In this document: in pieces, positions 12,066 to 23,400 of the stretch
How positions within the stretch are numbered: position 1 is the first letter of the stretch
How the letters are laid out: each line of letters starts with the position of its first letter
Source: Hyphochytrium catenoides
Taxonomy: Eukaryota > Protista > Hyphochytriomycota
NCBI GenBank assembly: GCA_900088475.1
Contig: FLMG01000658.1
Location: 1-64,000 of the forward strand
Direction: 5' to 3'
Length of the DNA stretch: 64,000 nucleotides
Made by a program: the position numbers and the translations under genes
The notes under the pieces: model-generated
What the model was told of the DNA's origin: nothing
Seen by the model: only the letters and a program-made list of their open reading frames with translations
Database searches by the model: none

Positions 12066-13082
12066 ATGGGAGTTCTTAAAGATGGGAGAGTGGCGTTGGG
12101 GCTCCTACCTACCTTGGCTGTCAAGAATGAGAGTCAACCAGAGGATGCGGAACTGGGGTCAACGCCATCCGCATCCGGAGACTGGCAGGATCTAGAAAGT
12201 TATTGCATTATTGATCAGCAAACTGTCTCTTGTGCCAGTCAGGACGTGATTCGCCTTGATGACCAGCTGTCGCCAAATGTGATGGTAGATGAAGCAGAGC
12301 GATCTCTCGAGGTCAAGGTCCCGGACGTCATTGTCGACAAGTCAGTGCCCGCATCTACAGCAGTTTCGACAGTGAAGAGACCGAGCAAGGTGCACTGGGT
12401 GGATAGGACCATCTTATGGCTTAAGTTATTAGCGGGGACCTTATACATCGTTGGCTCCATTGGATATTATCCGCAGCTCAACCCAGATGGCTCTGTCTTA
12501 GGCTACCGAATAGGTCGATGGAGCTATTGCACAGGTTCTACGATTCTCTTTATGTGTGGCACGCGAGGGTTTGCCAAACATTTGATTGCCAAAGCGCTGA
12601 TCACAAATGTCAAGGTTCAGAAACAGAAGAAGCATACCTTCGCACGCTGGAGTAGCATACTACGAGCCATGTTGTCAGACTTTCTCTGTTGGATATATCT
12701 CTTCTCTTTAGGTGCATCAGGATTTTATCTTCTTGGTATTGGCTTCTACTCTGCTGGACAATCGCCGGCTGGGACGTGGGCTTTCATTGTAGGAAGCATC
12801 TCTTACGTCATGTGCGGAGTAGTGGAAGGCATGCAGATATTGCTGGGATGGAAAGCGGGCGAAGAAAGTGTAGCCACCCAATGGCGTCGGAAGCTCGCGC
12901 ACGGATTGTCAGACGTAGCTGCGGGCTGTCTGTTCTTACTTGGGAGTGTCTATTTGTTGCCCTCGTACTTTGCGTCCCCCGGAGGTGCCTTGATGGTCGC
13001 GAATGGGTTCCTGATTGGCTCCGTGATGTACTTTCTCACTGTGTGCGACCATATGTATCTATTATATAAAGCACAGGGCTAA
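12066..13082 (+). CDS. Multi-pass membrane protein with about three YrhK-like helical-hairpin repeats, 338 aa
   Basis: Repeated motifs GTLYIVGSIGYYP..GRWSYCTGST, GFYLLGIGFY..GTWAFIVGSISY, GCLFLLGSVYLLP..ANGFLIGSVMY; intronless ORF. Confidence 0.75.
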   Translation: MGVLKDGRVALGLLPTLAVKNESQPEDAELGSTPSASGDWQDLESYCIIDQQTVSCASQDVIRLDDQLSPNVMVDEAERSLEVKVPDVIVDKSVPASTAVSTVKRPSKVHWVDRTILWLKLLAGTLYIVGSIGYYPQLNPDGSVLGYRIGRWSYCTGSTILFMCGTRGFAKHLIAKALITNVKVQKQKKHTFARWSSILRAMLSDFLCWIYLFSLGASGFYLLGIGFYSAGQSPAGTWAFIVGSISYVMCGVVEGMQILLGWKAGEESVATQWRRKLAHGLSDVAAGCLFLLGSVYLLPSYFASPGGALMVANGFLIGSVMYFLTVCDHMYLLYKAQG

Positions 13083-13143
13083 AGGTAGAAAGGCCATCCT
13101 CACACTAAAGTCTAATGTACACCGCGCTCAAAGTCCCTTCGCG

Positions 13144-14317
13144 TTAAACTTCCGCCTGACTGGCAAGCAGCTGGTTGTCTGTCAGACAGAGAAGCATCCA
13201 GTGTGGTGAGGGGCTAATTGATGCGCAGCATGCCAATAATAGCTGGTGACTTACACTGGCAGAGTCGTAGCTTGAGCAGGAGGTTCTTTTCGTCTCGGAG
13301 CTGCTTCTTCTCCTCGTAGCAGGATTTCACACGGTCCCACCAGCGCTTACGGCCAATTTTGTCGCCATTTGCATTGCATTCCTCAGCCTTTGTCTGTGCC
13401 ATCAATATTTGAGCCTCGAGTGCGTCGATATCCTTCTGCAACTTGTCTAGCTGCTGGTCAATAGATGGCGCCTCGAACGCTTGGACTACCTGCTACTCAA
13501 ACGTATTGAACTTACTACGGACATGGTAAGAAAAGAACCCCTCATTCACACGTACCGTGGAATTAGCGCCATCTCCGCCATTGGCATGATCTTCTGAGCG
13601 CCTCACTGCAGCAGAGGGTAGAGGCGGCAACGGGATGCTAGGATCCATGTCATGCAAGAGAAGACTGCTGCGATATTTGGCAGCCCTCTTCTTATGCTTG
13701 TGGGTGGAAAGCACATGTCGCTCGACAAAGCACTTCTCAGGCTTGGATATCCTGATGTTACATGCTTTGCACCAGATGTTCCGATTATCGTCCTCTCTGA
13801 TGTAGAGCAGCTTGTCTGGGCCGCCATATCGTTCTACGAGCTCAGTCCGCGTCGTTCTGCGCGCTCTGACGAGCTTGGTGTTACTGAGATGCTTCTGCGT
13901 CTGGACATGCCTCTGCACGAAAGACTTTTCAGGCTTTGTGATTCTGATGTCGCAGGCACGACACCAGATATTCCGGTTGTCTCGGACGTTTATGTATAAG
14001 TACTTCTCCTGTCCGCCGAATGTTGTCACAAGCATCTCGCGCGTAAAGTACACGCGCTGTGGCTTCTCCTCTGGCGCTGTCTGCTCTGCTGCTGTCACAG
14101 GTGTAGCAGAATTAGAGGTATCGTTCGGAGCTGCTGGAGGGTCCTCCGGAGCTGGTCGTTTGACCAGCACGCTACTTGTGTTCTCCGGTCCCTCTTCTCC
14201 TCCTTCCTGCCCAGTGCCGGGTGCTTTGGTCGCCTTTTTGTTCACCTTTGGGGATGCCCGCTTCTTCTTGATTGCCAGCTTTTGCGGCTCGCCTTCCTTC
14301 GGCGGTGTAGGGGACAT
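13144..14317 (-). CDS. Protein with two tandem CGGBP1/BED-like C2H2 zinc fingers and a C-terminal coiled coil; 3 exons (14317-13556, 13489-13255, 13178-13144), 343 aa
   Basis: Fingers NIWCRACDIRITKPEKSFVQRHVQTQKH and NIWCKACNIRISKPEKCFVERHVLSTHKH; two GT-AG introns join the ORF in frame to the 13214-13441 ORF (EEKKQLRDEKNLLL) and a short last exon. The start codon is uncertain. Confidence 0.8.
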
Positions 14318-17300
14318 AGTGACCTAACGTCCAACCACTCTCTGTAGGGCAAGCGGCCTGATGGAGCCAAGAGCCGTTCTGCCGCGCTTCTCCGTCGTTG
14401 ATCCCGATCTGCCTCTGCGTGACTCTGAAGCGAGGCTCCTTGGGTCTCAAGCGGTTCTGATTCTGATATAATAACCTTCCCCTCTGTATCTTCAACCTGC
14501 CCAGCTTAGCGTCACTCTCCGCACTTGTTGGCTGCGGGCAAAAATCAAAAGTGCGCAGCGAAGGCCAAGCTAAAACGTGCGCGTGCGCAACGATCAGCGC
14601 CGCAAACTATAGCAATCGGGACACCACAGAGGGAGTCCCAGAGGGCGGGCGGCCGTCGTGGGAAAGGCCAATTCCTACAGCCCGGTAGTAATAATTCCCA
14701 AGGTTTAACGGCTAGTAAAACCTCATACCATGCCTGTCAAGAGCTTTCCGCTAGACAGAGGCCGTCTCTACAAAGTTTTGTTGAGTTTGTTTGTCTTGGC
14801 AGGAGATCTTCAGAGGAGGAAGGAGCAATGCAGACCCATCTCGCGAGGAAGGACTCAGGAGAAGAGGAGAGAGAAGATCCTCATCACTTCGAGACTCGTC
14901 GCAAGCCCTACCACTCAGAAGCAGCTCCTTCAGCCGAGCGCCGCGTCTGTTACATTCTGTCAGTGGTGGTGGACGGCATTGATAATAACGGAAATTAAAA
15001 GTTGATGATGATTGTGCTGGCAGTGAATGAAAGCAGAAGATGCACTAGGAAAAGGCGCAGGTGTCAAAGAGGAAGCAGGGCGAGCAGCGGGATGATTCTC
15101 CTACTATCTGAGCATCCATAGCCCTCTTCTCAATTGTGATCAAAGGTCGAGAGTGAGGAAGACGGAACGATTGTCTTATCCTCCTCTGTGATGTTGGAAA
15201 TAATCGGTGCTCAAGCAAACCGCGTCTGCCACTGTCGCGTCCGAGGAAGCGCTGCCATGAATAATGAAGAGTGAACGCCTATTCTAGCCGTGCAAGACGA
15301 GGTGACGGCCGGGGTATTCAGGAGCAAAGGGGAGAGTCTTTGCATATCCTCCTCTAAGCCGCCTACTACTATAAGAAGGTTCAAGTAAAGGAGTTTCTGC
15401 TGCAAATTTCTGAAGAATGACTGAGTGTCGACAGGAAGGGCTTTGTCTTGGTCAAAAGTTTATAATAGCCAGCTACTTTGCTTGGCCACACAGTCCCATC
15501 ATTAAGGTACCAAGAACTCATCACTCTGAAATAGAAAAACGTGTCAGGCTTCCACCATTCTTGATGCTCTTTGCAGCCGTCTTCCAGCAGTCATTCCTCT
15601 TTAATGACTCTCACCACTGTTCTCGATACCTTTGGCACTTTTGAACAGCTAAATCTTGGCTGGCCTACATTATTCACTATCTAGCTCTACGTTGGAGCAT
15701 GAGAACCTCATAGCTGAGCGATCATCGACGATGTAAACTCATCAGCCTCTACGATGAAATGTCATGACACGGAACTGATGATCTAGAAGCGCCAGAGCCA
15801 GGCGAAGGAGGAAGTACCACTATGCACCTCAGCGAGCCCTACCGAAGAGGAAGAATGGTAGAGGTCGCTCCATTGCGTTCTGCACAAAACTTCTACGCTG
15901 TTGTTCATTGTAGGACTTCGAGTCCGTACTCCCCTGCTGCTACCTGTTACATTGCTGACGGAGACTTATGACTGGTTCCTTATTATGTTGAGCGTGATGG
16001 TGGTCCTATGCTTTCTGTCAGGGATTTGCAGGGGCTGCAGTCTACTGCTGCTGTGGGGAGATAATAGATCAGAGCGGCGGGCATGAGGGATGTACTTTAG
16101 TCTTCATATTTTTCAGACAAGGGAAACTTGGCAGCAGTTACGGAGCTCCATGATAGATCATCCTCAATAAGGCGCCATCTAGGTAGTTTGGCTGCCAGTC
16201 ATGATGGAAGAAGGGGCAATCTACACAAATAGCAGGCTAATTGTGATGCCGAACTGATGCAGATAGAGATGGAGAGAGACCATGGCTTCTGTTGCTCACT
16301 CGGGTAATATTCTTGTAAATATCCTGGATGGCCTCCTCCGACGTGCCAGAGTCACGGCTTATGAAATAAAGGTTATACTACTGAGCGCCGGCTACCAGCA
16401 TCTGCACTGGCCCTACCCCAAAAAAGAAGCTGCGCTCCTTACTCATCATGCGGCCATCAATTTGGCGCCCGGCGGCGGAGGACCAACAACTAACTGACGC
16501 CAATCCTGCACAGGTTCTTAACATTTCCTGCATGCTGTTGCGACGATGATGAGGTACCCTTTGAAGGGAGGAGCTTCTTCTTTAGATACCGGACCTTCGC
16601 GCAAGCTCTTTATAACGCGGTCAGTGCTAACGTTAGAGGGAGCCTACTACTAATAGCAGTACAATCGTAGCCTTAGGACCACGAACCCCCGCCCGACGAA
16701 GAAGGTAAGAGCTTGCACGAGGACTTGAGGCTGGTGTATGGCAGGGTTCGGCACCAGGAGGCAGTGCAGGATGACGAAATGCGTCTGACTCTCACGCAGA
16801 GTGGTACTCGTAGAACTACAGTAGTGCACTTGATCCGTTTCACTCCTTCTCCTTATTGTCCCACCTTCACTTCTAGAAGACGGTTTTGTGATGGGGAAAG
16901 TTGATTCTGATAATTATTCAGATTGTTTGAAATACGGAAAGGAAACAAACAGACAATAACTATCAAAGTCCCTTTAGATTGCGTCAAAAGTTCCACAGGA
17001 ATCCTTCACATAAAGGACGCAATTTATTTCCATCCTCACGCAGCCACAACTGAGATGAAAGATGATCATCAGTGTCGCCGCCGCCGCCTGGTGGGCAGGC
17101 CCCGCCCCTCGCTTTCTGAGAGAAGGCAGGGCGCTTGGTCGTCAACAAGCAAACCAGGAGGAGGGACATAAGAGCAGCCGGCGGTCATCACGATAGAAGG
17201 CGCCGCCCATACATGCGACAGCACCCTAGCCAAAGAGCATCATTGCCACCAACAGCGCGTGATTGGGTCATAATCAAAAACATACCTAGCACCAAGCGTC

Positions 17301-17401
17301 GTAGAGTGTCATCAACGAAGTGCATTTCAGGAAGCTAACCGCAGTTCTACCTAACAGAGATAAGAAAGCAAACAAAGCGTCTTGTTATCACTGCTATTAT
17401 T

Positions 17402-20400
17402 ATGGGCGTTCGAGGGCTGCAAAAGTTTCTCCTACGACAGACGAAAGCTCTTCACAGGAAGAAACATGGACAACAGGTACCGTTCTTCGACACATTCTCC
17501 TTAACGTTGGCCTTGCCATCCCCGCGATTGACCTTTCATGCCGTCTCTTGCCAGGACAATGGCTTAAGTTCGCCAACCACTAGAGAGGATGAGTACAGCA
17601 AAGGAGGAGAAGACGTCGGCCACAACGGGAAAGAAGGAGAAGGACCTCAACCACGCCGTGCGACAGGTAAACCGTCCATTTGCAAGAATGTGATTGTGGA
17701 GGAGCAATGCTCTAACAATGGAGTTCTTCAGCAAATCCTCCGTTAGATGCTGGAGCGGTTAACTATCGATGCGGGGAGCCCAAATTCATACCGAGAAACT
17801 CCAGGCTGTATGTTGACGCCTTGGGGTTCCTCTACCATCTGTTCGGCAAACAAGAGGAGGAGGAGTCGCGGAGGAGACGCGAGACTCTAATTGCTGATCC
17901 TCCATCATCCCAAAAAGGCTTGGGAGAAGATGCCTCCTTCTTTGGATATTCAACTCGCCGAGAGTACGGTGGCTCTTACAGAGCATTCGATAGCTTTGCG
18001 CGCCGAGAGATCCGGCGTTTACAATCGCTTGGGGTCTTCGAGAGCATTCTCTTCTACTTTGACGGGATGATGCTCCAGGCAAAGCATGCAACGCACGAGG
18101 AGCGCGCTCTGCAGAAAGAGCAGAGGTGGAGCAACCTCTATCGATATTTCTGCGGCCGAACTTCTGCCCCACCTGCTCAGGAAGATATTCCAATGCCTCC
18201 TTTGATCTATGAACAGTTTCTCCGAACGCTAGAAGCAATCACGCATGAGGAAATCGACCTTGAAGACCAACTGTCTCGACTCTCCATCAGCCACGCCACG
18301 GGCGGCGAAGAAGGTGAAGGAAAACTGTCCCCATCTTCTCCCCGTTCTTCCACGAAAATCTGTATCGTACACTGTACTGTTGAGGCTGATGTTGAGATCG
18401 CTCGAGATGTAGAGAACTGGAATAAACAATCCTTCCCTTCTTCATCTGAACCATCATCCCGTTGTGGCCAAGCTTACTGCTACGGAGAGGACAGTGACTA
18501 CCTGCTGATGAGAGGCTGTCCGTACATAAGATTTGGTCACATTTCAGGGCATCATCAGCCACCACCCTCCTCGGGCAACCATTCAACCAACGCAACGTCT
18601 GATAACAGTAATCAGCCTGATGGAGTTGTGGCACGAGAGGTATGGAGAAGAGAGGAGGTGGCAGCGATGCTTAGTTTGACGGAGTCGCAACTGGTCGAGT
18701 GGGGCATCCTTCTTGGCAACGACTACACGAAGGAATATTCACGGTCTGAGTTCAAAGTCCGAAAGAGTCTGCCGCAAGGGTTAGCTCATCGTAACTCAAA
18801 TGTCGAATCAGAGGGGGCTGGAGATGTAGCCATCCAGCTGAACAATGACTCAAGTTATACAATTCAGGAGATGCTTTCCATAGTTCGGGAGGGCGGCGAC
18901 TCGTTCCAACTGACATCAGACAACCCTGAAGTGCAAGCTGCAATAGCTCTCTCCAGAGCCATCTACGAGCACCAAGACAGCCAGTGGTCCTTGATTATGC
19001 AAGAGCTCAAAAAGGCTCAGCATCTAAACCATGACGAGAAGGACCTCCCGTCGCCCTTACCGGGGCAGAATCACGTATCTACCGTAGCCAAGAGCCAAGA
19101 TAATGGCGAAGAGGAAGAAGAAATCTCCTCATCCATGTTCGCTCTGACGTCCAACCAACGACAGTGTCTCGAGTCCTGGGCAAAAGATGTCGCTTGGAAA
19201 CAGATAGCCATGACCCAAGGCGTCGCCTGGGCGGTGCTCCATCAACTGGCGAAAGCGTCAAACTCAACTGATGAAGCGAAGAGCTCGACAGCGTTTTCGT
19301 CAGTCTTTACACCCACTCATCTCGTAGCGATCGAAACGATGCTTGAGACGATACAAAGCTCACTCGTTCTTGACCCCGGGGAGAAGCTTTGCCGCTACGA
19401 TTGTGAGAGCAATGACGGAGATTCTCTCCTTCAGGACCTATTGAGCGTGACCCAGCATGCCCCTGATAAGCTTGTACGACCTACCTGGGCGGACTTCCAG
19501 GCAGCTCATACCTATCAGCTGATGCTGAGACATTTCTTCTCTTCCGCATCGACGAAGAGTCCCAGGACCAGACAAATATCCCATCCATCTGCTCCATTCA
19601 GAGATTTTTTGGGGCATCCGCAGCAGTTCTATGAAGGAGAAGTTTTCCACAAGCTCATGGCGGGGCTACACGTGAACGAAGACGACGATAAAGCCTGCGA
19701 ACAGCCAATGCCAGCTTCAGAGGAGGAAAAGCTTGTGCCAGGAGAAGCCGAGTCGCTCCCTATCGACTCCCATCGGGAAGAGATTCTACGTAAGATCCGG
19801 AGTGACCGAGTGACAATTATCCATGGCGAAACAGGATGCGGAAAGTCCAGTCGGCTTCCAGTGATGCTACTCCAAGATGCTAATGAACGCGGGGAGCGCT
19901 GCAAGATTTATATTTCACAGCCTCGACGAATAGCTGTCACAGGTCTCACCCGAAGACTACGGCCACAGCTTGGCAAACGGGTGGGCATGTTAATGGGCCA
20001 CGGGATCCGAGATGTCTTTCCTGAGACAAAAGTAATCTTCGCAACGACCGGTTACCTGGTCCGCTTGATCGCCGGCAACATCGGCGCACTGCGATCAGCC
20101 ACGCATCTAATCGTTGACGAGGTCCACGAGCGTTCAATTGATAGCGATGTAATCTGCCTACTATGCAAGCGCATACTCCAAGACCTGCCACATATCAAGA
20201 TTGTACTAATGAGCGCCACGATTCACACCGAACTCTACAGAGAGTACTTCTTGGGCAGGAATCGTGGAGCTCGGTCTACCTCTCTTAAAGTGGCAGACGC
20301 CAACAGTGAAGGTGACGGCTACCCTGATATTATGGTTGACCACTCCGAGGACTCATTAGAGGATGATCAAGACGAGTACCCAGGCAGTGAAGCCTATGGC

Positions 20401-23400
20401 GACATGAAGTGTTTATCAGTCGGAGTGAAGCGCTTTCCGCTCAACATTCTGGTAAGAGTCTTGTCCTCCTAGGTCCCCTGCTTTTGCTGTTCCTGCTAGC
20501 TCTTGCTTACTTACTTTTACTGATAGTACGCCAGAGACATTGCGAGCAAGATCTTCCATGAGAATGTGGTGGTGAAGCAGCTCTGCACCAGCATTGAAAC
20601 ACAGACAGCAAAAGCTTCCATGACGGCCATTCCGAGTGACGCCATCGCGAAGCATCAGCTTCGAGTTGCGGAAGAGCTGATTAGGAGTCACATTGCCATT
20701 GGCAGTGGAGTCCTGGTGTTCCTCCCAGGTCTCACTTCTATTACGGAGCTCTGGGACCTCTTAGAAGCCGACTCACGATTTAGCTTATCCGTCGTCCACT
20801 CAGACGTACCATTCGAAGAACAAGTAGACATATTTTCGGCCGTCCCAGAGGGAAAGATCAAGGTTGTTCTGGCAACAAATGCTGCAGAGAGCTCCATCAC
20901 AATCCCAGATGTTGACTATGTCATATGTCTTGGCAGGGGTCGAGCGATGTGCTATAACAAAGCCTCGCACCAGAGCGTCCTAACAGACATCTGGATCTCA
21001 AAAGCATCCGCGACGCAGAGGGCGGGCCGCACAGGACGAGTGCGGCCCGGGACGGTTTTCCGCCTTTATAGTGAGAGCTTGGAAAAAAAATTTCAAGAGC
21101 ATGACACTCCCGAAGTGCTTCGGACGACTCTCGAAGATGTCATTCTTCAACTGTTGACCATGTTGGAGCACGCCGACGGCTTCGGAGGTGTCTTTCCCAT
21201 ATTAACCCAGCTCATCCAGCCTCCAGATCTCAGCAACGTGAGCAGAAGTTTGGAGCGCCTCACGAAACTCGATCTCATAGATGAGTCGGAGAATCTTACC
21301 TCCAGTGGGAGGTTTGCGGGGCAGATGCCTGTATCCCTGGAGCTCTCTCGCTTACTCCTCTTCGGTATTGTCCTTGGCATCCCGACGGAGGCTGTCGTCC
21401 TTGCCGCTGTACTATCCGTTGGCAAAACACCGTTCCGCATAGCCGTCCCTATGATCCACACTGATGTCAAGGAGTATAACGACATTATTCGGCAGTCGAT
21501 GACTTTCGCGGACAAGGTGGACAATGGATGCAAATCAGAACCTATTCTGTGGCTGAAACTGGTTTCAAAGTGGCTTGGCATGCCAAACGAGAGAGCTGCT
21601 ACCGCCTGGGCAGTCCGTAATGGTATTGCAGCAAAACGGCTGAAGCAGATGTCACTCGTAGCAAAGAGTTTGCGCCTCTCTGTAAGCCGCTTCCTCACCC
21701 ACAAGCCCGACGTATGGAATTGGAGAGGCTCAAGGCAACAAAAGGATGACGGAAAAGCGTATGAGACTTCCGACGATGGCTACCTAAGAGACTTCCAGTC
21801 ACTCAACAGTTTGGACGGCAAGACTTTGAACCGTCTTCGACTGATACTCACGTGGACATTCGCTGACAATCTTCTCTGTTCCAAGACCACAAACGAGATG
21901 GCAAAGTTCAGCAAGCCCTTGCAGCGGACCGCTGAGGAGAAGAAAGGACAGGAATGGACAGGATCTGCATGTCAGTTGAACCTCACTAATGCGGCCGTGT
22001 CTCTAGAGCATCTGGCAACTCTCCTTCCTGAGAGCCACCCAGGCGACTACGGGAGCTATAATGGCTGGAAACTGGAGAGAAATGTACACCGCCTGCATAC
22101 TGCCTATCTGTTCAAAACCAATCTGGACCACATTTTAGCTGATCTTTGGTCAGTATGCAGTGAGTTAGGAATAGTAATGTTCTGGGTCATGATGGACGTA
22201 CAGGATGTATCTGTGGGCGAGAAGGAGGATCACAAGGGAGAGAGCAAAAAGAAGAAGGCAAAGAACAAGGAGCTCAAAGGAGCCGCCCGCAGGACTGAAC
22301 TACGACTTGTCATCTCAAGAGAAGTTGCAATGGAGACCCTGCTCGGTTCTTCAGAAAGTTTGGAGGCACGCAAACGTGAAGGTTTGGAAAGAGGAGGGGG
22401 AAGTGAGCCCAAAGTAGATCAAGATACTTCCCTCATCCGTGCAGTCTTCGCAACCTTAGCAGCGAAATTGAAATTGAGTGAGACCGTCCCGCGGCTGCTC
22501 CCCACCAAGCAAGGCTATGAGCCATTCAAACCTAAGTCCTTCACTACAAACTCAACCCAATACATAGTCTTCTCAGGTACCGGCTCAATCATGCTGAGCA
22601 AACATGTGCAGCTTTTGAAGGCTCTGAGTTCAAAGTTGCCCTCCTCGATCGCCCTCAAGATACCTACGAACGGGAAAGCGCAGTTGATCTGCACAAATGC
22701 TCATGGGATCACAGAGGACATGCTCCGGAGAATATTTTTCTTTCAAGGGGTAGAGAAACGACAGAAGGGAGAAGCTAACTCGGCCCAGAGCCTCCTGCAA
22801 AGTCTAGGAACTAGCGACGATCTCTACGACGACACAGCATTGTTTTTGGGGAAGGACACTATGATCGACTCTGTTACTATGTCAAAGTCCAGCGTGTTAG
22901 CTATCGCTTACAGAGCTCCCAAAAGGGTTGGCGTTGGGGTTGATGGAACATATCCTCTTGTACACGATGCCCCTCTCAGTTGTCGGCTGATCTGGTCTTG
23001 CATGACTAGGAACCTTAGGCGAGAATGTCGGAAATTGAGACTGCCAGCTCTAGAGAAAGAAGCCTATGATGACACACTCAAGTCTCCAGCAAGGAAAGAG
23101 TGCGGAAGAGCTGCTGAAGCGAAGCGGAGTTGTTCTGATATGGAAGTAAAGGTTGAGAGCGCCTCAACACGCTCGACGCCAGATATATCGACGGGGGTTG
23201 CTCCGGCTTCCCTGACATGGCGGCATCTGGGAGGAATCACATCCTGTGATCCACCAGTTCTCAAAGCCTGTAGCATCTCCCGCAACTCTTTCTGTAGTGT
23301 ATCAGTCCACCTAGGCAGGGGGCCAGTCTTTGCAGTGGGCACGTCCTCCTTGATTTTTCAGGGAGGAGGACTCATGTTTGGTGAAGGCATTACGCTTCTT

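Noticed and set aside
14525-17340. ORFs between the zinc-finger gene and the helicase gene
   Set aside because: No coherent coding signal; likely divergent promoter and decayed repeat DNA.
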